Shown piece after piece: positions 31,746-41,437 of a stretch of DNA of 64,000 bases. The notes below the pieces were generated by a model. It was given only the letters and a program-made list of their open reading frames with translations, made no database searches and had not been told where the DNA came from. The position numbers were made by a program, and so were the translations under genes. The DNA is from Escherichia phage KK4. Positions within the stretch are counted from its first letter, which is position 1, and each line of letters opens with the position of its first letter. The stretch lies in sequence record OR327750.1. The stretch is one strand, 5' to 3'.

Positions 31746-34010
31746 TCATAATTTACAGGATGAACAATCTTCAGCTTTTGGAGTTTCTATTTCATAATCA
31801 TCAGTACCAGAACCATCGCGGGTATTATGATAATAGAAATTTTTTCCGCCAAAATACCAAAAATACAAAAGGTCATCAATCATTATTGACATTGGAACCT
31901 TGCCTTTAGGGAAGATTTGGGGGTCATAGTATGTATTCGCCGAAGCTGATTGACAAACCCATTTCAGCATAATAGCTACTTGCGTAAGATAAGGTTTATT
32001 ACCTTTCTTAGCTAATTTCCATGTATAATCATATAGGTCTATGTTATGTTCAATATTGGGCACGACTTGATTAAAGGAACCCTCTTTTGATTCTTTAACA
32101 GAGACTGGTCCACGTGGAGGCTCGATACCGTTTGTACTGTTAGAAACTTGGGAAGATGACTCACATGGCATAAGTGCTGATAGTGTGCTATTACGGATGC
32201 CAAAGAGCTTAAGGTCTTCCCGCAGCGACGACCAGTCACAAACGTATTTTGGAGCTGCGATTTGGTCAATCTTTTTATTGTACCAGTCGATAGGTAATTC
32301 GCCTCGAGACCAACGAGTGTCTGAATAATATTCGCAAGGTCCTTTTTCTTTGGCGAGCTTAATGGATGCTTTAATGAGTCCATACTGTAATCTCTCAAAT
32401 AGTTCATGTGTTAAATCGTTAGCATCTTCATAAGAAGCAAAGTTACTTGCCAGCCAAGCTGCATAGTTGGTAACACCTACACCGAGGTTACGACGCTTTT
32501 TAGCTTTTTCTGCTTCAGGAACTGGATATCCTTGGTAATCCAAAAGATTATCAAGAGCACGAACTTGAACTTCTGCCAATTCATTAATTTTATCTTGGTC
32601 TTGCCAGTCAAAATTATCTAGTACGAATGCAGAGAGAGTACACAATCCAATTTCAGCATCAGGACTATTCACATCATTTGTTGGAATAGCAATTTCACAG
32701 CACAAGTTACTCTGACGAATAGGTGCCTTTTCACGAATAAACGGAGTATAGTTATTCGTATTATCAATGAACTGTACATAAATTCTTGCTGTTCCTGAAC
32801 GTTCAGTCATGAGCAATTCAAATAGTTCACGGGCTTTAATACGCTTTTTACGAATATTAGGGTCTTTTTCTGCTGCTTCGTATAATTCACGGAAACGGTC
32901 TTGGTCTTTAAAATAAGAATAATAAAGCTCTCCACCCATTTCATGCGGACTGAACAAAGTAATGTAATCGTTCTTTCCGAATCGTTCCATCATCAAATCA
33001 TTCAGTTGAACACCATAATCCATATGACGAATGCGGTTTTCTTCTACGCCTTTGTTATTTTTCAAAACGAGAAGATTTTCAACTTCCAAATGCCAAATAG
33101 GATAATAAGCAGTAGCAGCGCCGCCACGAATTCCACCCTGTGAACATGATTTAACTGCAGTCTGAAAATGTTTCCAAAAAGGAATAACACCAGTATGGCG
33201 TACTTCACCCATGCCAATCTTAGAACCTTCGGCACGAATCATACCAACGTTAATACCAATTCCAGCGCGTTTAGAGATATATTCAACAATCGAAGCGGAA
33301 GCCTTATTGATAGACTTCAGCGAATCACCTGCCTCAATAACAACACATGAACTAAACTGTCGAGTCGGAGTACGACAACCAGCCATAATAGGAGTTGGTA
33401 ATGAAATCTGTCGAGTAGATACTGCTTCATAAAAACGAATAACATGTTTTAATCTATCAACAGGTTCATCTTGATGCAATGCCATTCCAATAGTCATAAA
33501 TGCAAACTGCGGAGTTTCATAAATTTGACCAGTGGTTTTATCTTTAACGAGATATTTTTCTTTTAATTGCATCGCCCCGGAATAAGTAAATTCCATATCC
33601 CGTTCGTGCTTAATTTTTGATTCTAAAAATGTAATTTCTTCTGCTGAATATTTTGACAACAATTCAGGGTCATATTTACCTTCATTTACACAGTAAGAAA
33701 TATGGTCAATAAATGAACGCGGTTCATACTGCCCATAAACATGCTTACGAAGAGCGAACATTAGACAACGTGCAGCTACATATTGATAATCAGGCTCTTC
33801 AACCGAAATAGAATTCGCAGCGGCCTTAATGACAATAGTCTGAATATCATCAGTTGTCATTCCATCACGGAGATAAGATTTAATATTTTCATATAATTCA
33901 TAAGGATCTACTGATGTTCCCTCAGCTGCCCAAGATAAAACTTTAATAATTTTTTGTGGGTCAAAGCTCTGAGAAACACCACTACTTTTGATAACATTAA
34001 TTAATTGCAT
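31746..34010 (-). CDS. nrdA: Ribonucleotide reductase large subunit
   Basis: 754-aa ORF with ATP-cone N-terminus and catalytic motifs (NLCCEI, C-terminal redox Cys pair). Confidence 0.95.
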   Translation of the reverse strand: MQLINVIKSSGVSQSFDPQKIIKVLSWAAEGTSVDPYELYENIKSYLRDGMTTDDIQTIVIKAAANSISVEEPDYQYVAARCLMFALRKHVYGQYEPRSFIDHISYCVNEGKYDPELLSKYSAEEITFLESKIKHERDMEFTYSGAMQLKEKYLVKDKTTGQIYETPQFAFMTIGMALHQDEPVDRLKHVIRFYEAVSTRQISLPTPIMAGCRTPTRQFSSCVVIEAGDSLKSINKASASIVEYISKRAGIGINVGMIRAEGSKIGMGEVRHTGVIPFWKHFQTAVKSCSQGGIRGGAATAYYPIWHLEVENLLVLKNNKGVEENRIRHMDYGVQLNDLMMERFGKNDYITLFSPHEMGGELYYSYFKDQDRFRELYEAAEKDPNIRKKRIKARELFELLMTERSGTARIYVQFIDNTNNYTPFIREKAPIRQSNLCCEIAIPTNDVNSPDAEIGLCTLSAFVLDNFDWQDQDKINELAEVQVRALDNLLDYQGYPVPEAEKAKKRRNLGVGVTNYAAWLASNFASYEDANDLTHELFERLQYGLIKASIKLAKEKGPCEYYSDTRWSRGELPIDWYNKKIDQIAAPKYVCDWSSLREDLKLFGIRNSTLSALMPCESSSQVSNSTNGIEPPRGPVSVKESKEGSFNQVVPNIEHNIDLYDYTWKLAKKGNKPYLTQVAIMLKWVCQSASANTYYDPQIFPKGKVPMSIMIDDLLYFWYFGGKNFYYHNTRDGSGTDDYEIETPKAEDCSSCKL

Positions 34011-34327
34011 AAGTCCTCAACTTGAAAATCGTCTTTAAACAATCGGTTAACTATATGAGCTATTATATCACCATGACACGGCTTTGGTTTACATGTGCAT
34101 CCTAGCCTCATTCCACGTAAAGGCTCTAAATGTGCTTTAGTTATTTCTCCGGATTTAATTCGACGTATAAAATCTTTTTTGAATAATTCAATGGCAGCCT
34201 CCCGGCTGCCAGCATCTTTACCGACGTAATTTCCCCAAAATGTACCGCGGTGAATATTAACATCAAAGTCGGATTTATATTTATTCACTACCTGGCATAG
34301 ACGGCCCGCGTGGTGATAATTCGTCAT
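34001..34327 (-). CDS. Hypothetical Cys/His-containing protein (nrdA.1 position)
   Basis: 108-aa ORF with [11 protein letters not shown] motif. Confidence 0.55.
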   Translation of the reverse strand: MTNYHHAGRLCQVVNKYKSDFDVNIHRGTFWGNYVGKDAGSREAAIELFKKDFIRRIKSGEITKAHLEPLRGMRLGCTCKPKPCHGDIIAHIVNRLFKDDFQVEDLCN

Positions 34328-34544
34328 ATTGTTTTTCCGTTAAAACAGTAATATCATAGTAACAATCAGAAGAAGTTTTAACTGTAGAAATTTTATTATC
34401 AAAATACTCACGAGTCATTTTATGAGTATAATATTTTTTGCCATAAATGATAATAGGCTGATTTGGTCCTGGAACTTCTAGCTCACTTGGATTAGGAAGT
34501 GTAAAAAGAACTACACCAGAAGTATCTTTAAATCGTAAAATCAT
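34281..34544 (-). CDS. Hypothetical protein (nrdA.2 position)
   Basis: 87-aa ORF, ATGA overlap with td. Confidence 0.5.
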   Translation of the reverse strand: MILRFKDTSGVVLFTLPNPSELEVPGPNQPIIIYGKKYYTHKMTREYFDNKISTVKTSSDCYYDITVLTEKQYDELSPRGPSMPGSE

Positions 34545-35401
34545 ATTGCCATTTTCCCTTTAATTGCTGGATGCGATTCATAATTTTCAAGGATAAAATC
34601 TTTCGGTTTCATGTATTCAGTTAACCAGTAAAGCTGTGTTTCGGTGTCACAATTTCCAAACTCTATAGGCCAATCAATTTTAAGTTCACATAGTTCTTTA
34701 GGCTCACGACGTAAAATTTCTTTACATTGCTCAGTATGATTCATATAGATGTGAGTATTACCACCAGAAAATATCAAATCTCCTGGGATAAGATTACACA
34801 TCTTAGCCACAATATGCGTCAAGGCAGCGTACGAGGCAATGTTGAATGGCAATCCCAAGAAAACATCTACACTTCTTTGGTACCATTGTAAATCAAGATA
34901 ACCATTACGCACATTAAACTGATAGAACATATGACAGGGCGGTAATGCCATTTGATTGATTTCAGCTGGATTCCATGCTGAAACGATTTGACGTCGATCA
35001 GTTGGTAATTTTTTAATACGATCAATAGTTTCAACTAATTGATCCACACCGCCGAAATCACGCCATTGTTTACCGTATATAGGACCAAGTTCACCACTAT
35101 GATATCCTAGGTCTTTAGCCTGGTTTTCATAGTTATCGTCCCAAATAGTTTTACCTTGAATAAGACTACCATGTGTGCGAAGACGTAAATCATTAACATT
35201 GGTAGAACCGGAAATAAACCATAGAAGCTCAGCAATGCATGCATTCCACGCAAGCTTCTTAGTTGTTACCGCAGGAAAACCTTTAGTTAAATCCCAACGT
35301 AATTTAGTACCGAACAAAGCAATTGTTCCTGTGCCTGTTCGGTCATCGGTTTCATAGCCATTTTCAAAAATGTCTTTAATTAAATCTTGGTATTGTTTCA
35401 T
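34541..35401 (-). CDS. td: Thymidylate synthase, uninterrupted (no intron)
   Basis: Contiguous 286-aa ORF closely matching recalled T4 Td across the T4 exon junction region. Confidence 0.95.
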   Translation of the reverse strand: MKQYQDLIKDIFENGYETDDRTGTGTIALFGTKLRWDLTKGFPAVTTKKLAWNACIAELLWFISGSTNVNDLRLRTHGSLIQGKTIWDDNYENQAKDLGYHSGELGPIYGKQWRDFGGVDQLVETIDRIKKLPTDRRQIVSAWNPAEINQMALPPCHMFYQFNVRNGYLDLQWYQRSVDVFLGLPFNIASYAALTHIVAKMCNLIPGDLIFSGGNTHIYMNHTEQCKEILRREPKELCELKIDWPIEFGNCDTETQLYWLTEYMKPKDFILENYESHPAIKGKMAI

Positions 35402-35446
35402 TTAGTACCTTATATAAATTATAATACATTTTATGAAGCTAAATAA

Positions 35447-35794
35447 TCAATACGGTTTAGCATCAAATTTTCTCTCAATTTCAGGCGTGAAATATAATTC
35501 TTTACCGCGTTTGGAAAAGCGACCAATAATATGATAATTATTCTCATCAAATGTGATATTACCAATATCCATAGCTTTCAACCAAATATCGATATTTCTA
35601 TCCAGCTTTATGTCAAAATTCCAATACGGAGAACTATTACCGAAAATACTGCAAGCGGATTCAGTGAAACAACTGCTATAAATCTTGTCTTTAGGAACTA
35701 CTAATTGATAGACACCTTTAATAAACTGAGGACCCTGCCACTTTGGCTGTTTCGTGTCTTTTTCTAATAGAATAGGGTAATAATTAAAATTCAT
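35447..35794 (-). CDS. Hypothetical protein located between frd and td
   Basis: 115-aa ORF with its own short spacers (19 nt after frd, 45 nt before td); no recognisable motif. Confidence 0.55.
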   Translation of the reverse strand: MNFNYYPILLEKDTKQPKWQGPQFIKGVYQLVVPKDKIYSSCFTESACSIFGNSSPYWNFDIKLDRNIDIWLKAMDIGNITFDENNYHIIGRFSKRGKELYFTPEIERKFDAKPY

Positions 35795-35813
35795 ATTTCC
35801 GCCACGCGTTATT

Positions 35814-36640
<827 letters not shown>

Positions 36641-36651
36641 ATTGCCTCCTA

Positions 36652-36984
36652 TTAAAAAGGATCAGTAACATATCCGCTAGCTTTAATCATTTTAATTAAC
36701 GTTAACATTCCTTTGTTAACTGCTCGTGAGATTTCATCAAAAACTTCATCACTAAAAAGTTCTAACACGCCCTTCTGAACTTTTAATTTACAGCCAACAA
36801 TTTCGTCATCTCCTATAGTAAATTCGCTTCCGCCAATTCCGCCGAAAAACTTAATTACGCCAGTTAACTGTCTTCCACGAGAATATGGGTCGTGTGATAA
36901 AGTAATATGAGTCACCCCAGGTACAGTTTTAAATTGGCAGCGGATGTTTACTTGAGCAATTCCAGTTACATGAATGTCAGACAT
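36652..36984 (-). CDS. Hypothetical protein (frd.2 position)
   Basis: 110-aa ORF. Confidence 0.55.
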   Translation of the reverse strand: MSDIHVTGIAQVNIRCQFKTVPGVTHITLSHDPYSRGRQLTGVIKFFGGIGGSEFTIGDDEIVGCKLKVQKGVLELFSDEVFDEISRAVNKGMLTLIKMIKASGYVTDPF

Positions 36985-36994
36985 ATTATTTTCC

Positions 36995-37237
36995 TCAAAC
37001 AGACTTTTTCACAATTTTCCAATCAGCTTTAAACTGATCAACATCAGAATGATAAATCCAGAATCCTGCGCTTTCTCCGTCTTCATAAAGAGGACATCCA
37101 TCACATTCATCTTCCCATCCCATGTCACGTAAAAGATGTTCAGCTTTTTCAACAAGTTCAGAATCTTTACCGATGATATTAAAATACCATTTACCTCTAA
37201 CTTCTGAATCTTTGATGCTCTGGCGTTGTAATCTCAT
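36995..37237 (-). CDS. Hypothetical protein (frd.3 position)
   Basis: 80-aa ORF with AAGGAG ribosome-binding site. Confidence 0.55.
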   Translation of the reverse strand: MRLQRQSIKDSEVRGKWYFNIIGKDSELVEKAEHLLRDMGWEDECDGCPLYEDGESAGFWIYHSDVDQFKADWKIVKKSV

Positions 37238-37339
37238 TTTATTCTCCTTAGCAAGCTTTAATCAAAAGATATAAACAGACCAACATAACTGCTGCCATAA
37301 TATAAGGTGCGAACATTTTCTTTTCTCCATTAGTTTTGA

Positions 37340-37376
37340 TAGGGTAATAGTATCACACTACTACCCTGTTGTAAAC
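37340..37376 (-). promoter_or_regulatory. T4 early promoter
   Basis: Minus-strand GTTTACAACAGGGTAGTAGTGTGATACTATTACCC. Confidence 0.45.
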
Positions 37377-37741
37377 TACTTTTTGAAAGTTTTTCGCAAA
37401 AGTTCAATGATTTCATCTACATTATTTTCGTCAACAATGCAGTGAATTTTTGTTACGCCAGAAACTATGTCTTCGGCTCCATCTTCTTCAGAAGTCGGTT
37501 CTTTATACTCACGAAAACAATGAAATTCGTCTTCACAAACGTTAAAGTAAAAATGCTTTCCATTTGCGCATTCAATGTGTTTTATTACTCTAAATCCATC
37601 AACAAAGAAAGCTTCTTTAACTTCAAACCATCCACCATTTTCTTGAATAATTTTAACTATCGATGAATTAGAACGTGGGCGATAATTAATAAATGTATCA
37701 ATAAGTCTTGGAACAAGCTCATACTTTTTGCCAATATACAT
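37376..37741 (-). CDS. Hypothetical protein between frd.3 and gene 32
   Basis: 121-aa ORF; no recognisable motif. Confidence 0.5.
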   Translation of the reverse strand: MYIGKKYELVPRLIDTFINYRPRSNSSIVKIIQENGGWFEVKEAFFVDGFRVIKHIECANGKHFYFNVCEDEFHCFREYKEPTSEEDGAEDIVSGVTKIHCIVDENNVDEIIELLRKTFKK

Positions 37742-37787
37742 TACGTTTTCCTCATTTTAACGGGGCTTGTAATAGCCCCCTTGATAA

Positions 37788-38018
37788 TTATTGTTCAATC
37801 AATCCCATGTAAAATTCTGCGTCTTCAGAATCCATACCATCACAATATTCATTAGCCATAAAGCGGGTGAGGTCTTCAAGAGGACCTTCAATGACAATAG
37901 AAAAATTGCAATAATTGGGATCATCGTGAATACTTGTGATACTAAGTTCAGGATAACGATTACGAATAATCTCTTCAATATATTCAAAATCAACGATGTC
38001 AATATCAACTTTAGCCAT
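37788..38018 (-). CDS. Small strongly acidic protein, 76 aa from the internal Met ([16 protein letters not shown]…)
   Basis: Internal ATG has a GAGGAAAATAAT ribosome-binding site and lies downstream of the early promoter; about 20 Asp/Glu versus about 5 basic residues. Confidence 0.5.
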   Translation of the reverse strand: MAKVDIDIVDFEYIEEIIRNRYPELSITSIHDDPNYCNFSIVIEGPLEDLTRFMANEYCDGMDSEDAEFYMGLIEQ

Positions 38019-38053
38019 ATTATTTTCCTCTTCAATTATTAGCAGTATTGCTG

Positions 38054-38091
38054 ATAGTTGTATAGTACCATGGAAGGACAAGGATGTAAAC
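38054..38091 (-). promoter_or_regulatory. T4 early promoter (GTTTAC, 18-nt spacer, TACTAT)
   Basis: Minus-strand GTTTACATCCTTGTCCTTCCATGGTACTATACAAC; near-identical blocks recur at 54884-54920 and 58534-58572. Confidence 0.5.
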
Positions 38092-38112
38092 CGTTTTGTG
38101 AAAAAATTTTTG

Positions 38113-38141
38113 AAATAAAAAAGGGGACCTCTAGGGTCCCC
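38113..38141 (-). terminator. Intrinsic terminator of gene 32 (GGGGACC-CUAGA-GGUCCCC hairpin plus U-tract)
   Basis: Perfect 7-bp stem followed by UUUUUUAUUUC on the minus strand, 23 nt after the gene 32 stop. Confidence 0.75.
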
Positions 38142-38163
38142 AATTAATTAGTAATATAATCTA

Positions 38164-39072
38164 TTAAAGGTCATTCAAAAGGTCATCCAGATCCGTGTCA
38201 TCAGCACTAGATGAACTGCCAGAGCTTGAGCTCATAAAATCATCTTCAGTTTTTGTATTGAAGTCATCAACATTGAATGCATCCAAATCATCAGCAACTT
38301 TATCAGCTTTCTTAGCAGCAGTTGCAGCGGCACCACCCATAGCAGCAGTTCCCATAACTTGACTGAACTTAGTGCTCAGTTCTTCAAACGATTTGAATTT
38401 ATCTTTAGAAGTCATTTCAGAAAGGTCAACCATTTGTTCGAACAGTTCTTTCTGGAAAGATTCATCGTCAATGTTTGGAATCGCAGATTGATTCAGGAAT
38501 TTAGATTCATCGTAGTTACTAAATCCAGAAACTTGTTTAACTTTCAGTACAAAGTTAGCACCTTCCCACGGACAAGTTACATCAACCGGAGTTTCACCCA
38601 TTTCGACATCAACCGCAATCATTGCATTGATTTTATCCCAGATTTTCTTACCGAAACGGTATTTAAATACTTTACCTTCGTTTTCTGGAGCAGCTGGGTC
38701 TTTTACAACAAGAATGTTAGCCCAGTAAGAAGTTTTACGTTTAACAAGACTGTACTCTTTATTGTCAGTGTTGTACAGATCATTTTTACTGATGTATTGA
38801 CATACTGGGCAAGAATCGTAATCACCGTGAGTAGATGAACAGTTTTCAATATACCATTTACCATTTTTCTTGAAACCATGATTTACAAGAATTGCAAATG
38901 GTGCTTGTTCATCATTTTTAGACGGAAGAAAACGAATTACTGCTTGACCGTTACCCGCATTGTCGAGTTTCAGTTTCCACTCGCCTTTATCTTCAGAAGA
39001 AAAACCACCTTTATTTCCAGCTAGTTTAGCCATTTGTGCAGCGAGTTCAGCAGTAGATTTACGTTTAAACAT
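38164..39072 (-). CDS. 32: gp32, single-stranded DNA-binding protein
   Basis: 302-aa ORF matching recalled T4 gp32, including the acidic Ser-rich C-terminus. Confidence 0.97.
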   Translation of the reverse strand: MFKRKSTAELAAQMAKLAGNKGGFSSEDKGEWKLKLDNAGNGQAVIRFLPSKNDEQAPFAILVNHGFKKNGKWYIENCSSTHGDYDSCPVCQYISKNDLYNTDNKEYSLVKRKTSYWANILVVKDPAAPENEGKVFKYRFGKKIWDKINAMIAVDVEMGETPVDVTCPWEGANFVLKVKQVSGFSNYDESKFLNQSAIPNIDDESFQKELFEQMVDLSEMTSKDKFKSFEELSTKFSQVMGTAAMGGAAATAAKKADKVADDLDAFNVDDFNTKTEDDFMSSSSGSSSSADDTDLDDLLNDL

Positions 39073-39171
39073 TTTTATTTCCTTTTTAATTTAATTAACA
39101 GTTGGTGCTATGACGATGTATGACCTCATAGCTGGTCAGTGAGATAATTATAATCTATTTATAATAAGCAA

Positions 39172-39825
39172 TTAATACTTGCATGATTTCACAGTTTCAA
39201 TGAAAACACATTTAGCTTTCTGCGAATCAATATTTAAAATTTTTCTATAAGCCTTTAACTTTATAGAATAATTATTCCAAACTAAATTATCAGTCTGTTC
39301 ATCATGTTTATCAATTATATTTAAAAACGAATCAAGCAAGATAAACGTCTCAAACGAAATTATATTCGATTGAAGTAGTTTAAAAATATAACTTGATTGA
39401 ACTTTTGGATTATACTCAAAGATTTCTTTAAAAGCAGAAACTTCAACTTTTTTACTAAAATAATAAATGTTGCGAATATCTTCTTCAAACTTAAATTTAA
39501 TTTGCTTTAAGCGTCCGATATATTCACGATAAAACACAAGTGCATCAGCGTCAGAGATGTCACCAATCCAAGCATCTTGGTTAGCAACCAAATTACTTAT
39601 AAAAATTAAAGTAAGTTCCTTTAATTTATATTTTTCTGATAACTTCTGGAAAAAATACTTATCCCTTCGCTTTTGATAAGCGGCATCAGACACCCGCATG
39701 CACCAATTATACTTAATAACATCATACTTTCCATTCATATGTTGTTTTATCATTAAGTATAATTTATAAACTGATTTACCATCAATGTATCTTTCACCAC
39801 CAGCAGGCATGCGGAGTTTAATCAT
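39172..39825 (-). CDS. 59: gp59, helicase loader
   Basis: 217-aa ORF matching T4 gp59 length and position. Confidence 0.9.
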   Translation of the reverse strand: MIKLRMPAGGERYIDGKSVYKLYLMIKQHMNGKYDVIKYNWCMRVSDAAYQKRRDKYFFQKLSEKYKLKELTLIFISNLVANQDAWIGDISDADALVFYREYIGRLKQIKFKFEEDIRNIYYFSKKVEVSAFKEIFEYNPKVQSSYIFKLLQSNIISFETFILLDSFLNIIDKHDEQTDNLVWNNYSIKLKAYRKILNIDSQKAKCVFIETVKSCKY

Positions 39826-40160
39826 AGCAGAAAATCTAATGTATTAGTTTTTTCACAACGAACAACAGAAGGACGTAAAAGATTTTCGTCAATAGCTTCT
39901 GACTGAATTTTTTCAATTATACCCGAAGGAATAAATTTAGCAAATTGAGTTTCAGGAATAGAGTTTTCTTCCAAGAATGCTGTCGTAGCTTCAAGATAAC
40001 TCATTCCAAACTCTTCTACCATTTTTTCAATAATAAATCCATTTTCTTGACGATCAAGAAGCTTTGCTATTTCATCCTTTTCTTTCTTGATTGAAAGTTC
40101 TTTTTCTGAAAGACCGGTCTCATCGACCGGACGAATGTCATTTAGAGAAAACTGTGTCAT
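39822..40160 (-). CDS. 33: gp33, late transcription co-activator
   Basis: 112 aa from internal Met MTQFSLNDIR…; ATGA overlap with gene 59. Confidence 0.85.
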   Translation of the reverse strand: MTQFSLNDIRPVDETGLSEKELSIKKEKDEIAKLLDRQENGFIIEKMVEEFGMSYLEATTAFLEENSIPETQFAKFIPSGIIEKIQSEAIDENLLRPSVVRCEKTNTLDFLL

Positions 40161-40407
40161 AAAGTTCAACTACCTCTTCAGTTTCAGCTTCAAACACATC
40201 ACGGTTATCTTTATGATACAAAGCTAATAGACGATTAAACATCTTACCATCAACGCCAAGTTCATCTTTAGCACGAATTCGAATATCTTTAATCAGTTCA
40301 TTATAACCGGAAATTTTCAGTTTATGATCAGATGCTTCTTTAATAAATTTAGCCAAGTCTTCGCCATGGATAGCTTCATCAAATTCAACCATTTCTTTTT
40401 TAGCCAT
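40138..40407 (-). CDS. dsbA: DsbA, double-stranded DNA-binding protein
   Basis: 89-aa ORF in T4 position. Confidence 0.85.
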   Translation of the reverse strand: MAKKEMVEFDEAIHGEDLAKFIKEASDHKLKISGYNELIKDIRIRAKDELGVDGKMFNRLLALYHKDNRDVFEAETEEVVELYDTVFSK

Positions 40408-40415
40408 TATTCACC

Positions 40416-41333
40416 TCAAAATTCATTAATGCTATTAGTTAATTTAGAAAGACCCGCTTTTACAAAATATGAATAAATTTTGCCACGCGGTGGTAATTTA
40501 TATGAATTATAGTAATTCACAATGTTTGAAGCAATATTATCAGGAATATAATCAAAATCAATTAGAACTAAATTTTCTTTATAACGATTATATTCAGATT
40601 CTGTGAGAAGCACCTTAGCTTGCTCACGATCATTAGCAATAGCTTCAACGATTGAAGTTTTCATTGAAGGAGTCCGTTCACCTTCAACTTTGGTAAACCA
40701 AAAGTCAGATCGTACTTTAACTGAAGCAACGTTATCCTTTTTGTCGCCTTTAAGGATTTTAGTCATACAGTCAATTTCAGCAGAACCGCTTTTAATTTTA
40801 ACCCATTTCTTATGCATCGGTGACCATTGCTTAACATTTGGATATTTGTGAAGCTGTGTAAAGTCACCATCCGATGAAATGATTAAAATCTTGTGTCCTT
40901 CTAAAGAGAACTTTTTAACAAGAACAGCAATGTGGTCATCTGCTTCATACTTATCAATATCCATAACAATATATGGCATATAAGCTTTCAATTCATCTAT
41001 AACTTTATGGCTGGATTCAAAATAACCTTCCCAGTCCCAAGTAGATTCTTCTCGTGCTTTTCCACGGTTTTTCTTATAATAATAAGCGAAATCACGACGC
41101 CAGTATCCAGATTTCGCGTTATCAATACACAGTACAATTTTAGTGTATCCAAGCGTTTTTGCTTTTTTGACATTAAACTTAATTGAGTTCAATATCAAAT
41201 GACGAACCATTGATAAATTAATTTTTTCTTTATCTGGGAAGTTTACCAGAGCAGTTGAAAGAGCAATTTGACTAAAGTCGATAAAGCAAATTCCTTCTTT
41301 GTAATCTTCATCCAGCATCATTTCTAAATCCAT
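40416..41333 (-). CDS. rnh: RNase H (5'-3' exonuclease, FEN-1 family)
   Basis: 305 aa from internal Met MDLEMMLDEDYKEGICFIDFSQIA…. Confidence 0.9.
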   Translation of the reverse strand: MDLEMMLDEDYKEGICFIDFSQIALSTALVNFPDKEKINLSMVRHLILNSIKFNVKKAKTLGYTKIVLCIDNAKSGYWRRDFAYYYKKNRGKAREESTWDWEGYFESSHKVIDELKAYMPYIVMDIDKYEADDHIAVLVKKFSLEGHKILIISSDGDFTQLHKYPNVKQWSPMHKKWVKIKSGSAEIDCMTKILKGDKKDNVASVKVRSDFWFTKVEGERTPSMKTSIVEAIANDREQAKVLLTESEYNRYKENLVLIDFDYIPDNIASNIVNYYNSYKLPPRGKIYSYFVKAGLSKLTNSINEF

Positions 41334-41395
41334 ATGAACCTCGTTCAATTAGTGAGATTTCTATTATATACTATCTAAATCTTAAAGTAAACAGG

Positions 41396-41403
41396 TATAA
41401 ATA
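41396..41403 (+). promoter_or_regulatory. T4 late promoter (TATAAATA) for gene 34
   Basis: Exact TATAAATA 35 nt upstream of the gene 34 ATG. Confidence 0.65.
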
Positions 41404-41437
41404 CTTATTATTGAAAACACAATAGGAGCCCGGGAGA

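Noticed and set aside
32039-33432. ORFs within nrdA on both strands (32039-32407, 32901-33143, 33168-33350, 33211-33432)
   Set aside because: Embedded in the highly conserved 754-aa nrdA frame; alternative-frame artefacts.
30516-35401. Group I introns or intron-encoded endonucleases in nrdB and td, as in T4
   Set aside because: Both genes are single uninterrupted ORFs of the expected protein length, so no intron is present.
39073-39171. Possible middle or late promoter and translational operator upstream of gene 32
   Set aside because: A MotA-box-like TTGCTTAT and a TATAAATA-like element are visible on the minus strand, but the MotA box deviates from consensus and I could not place the elements confidently enough to annotate a feature.
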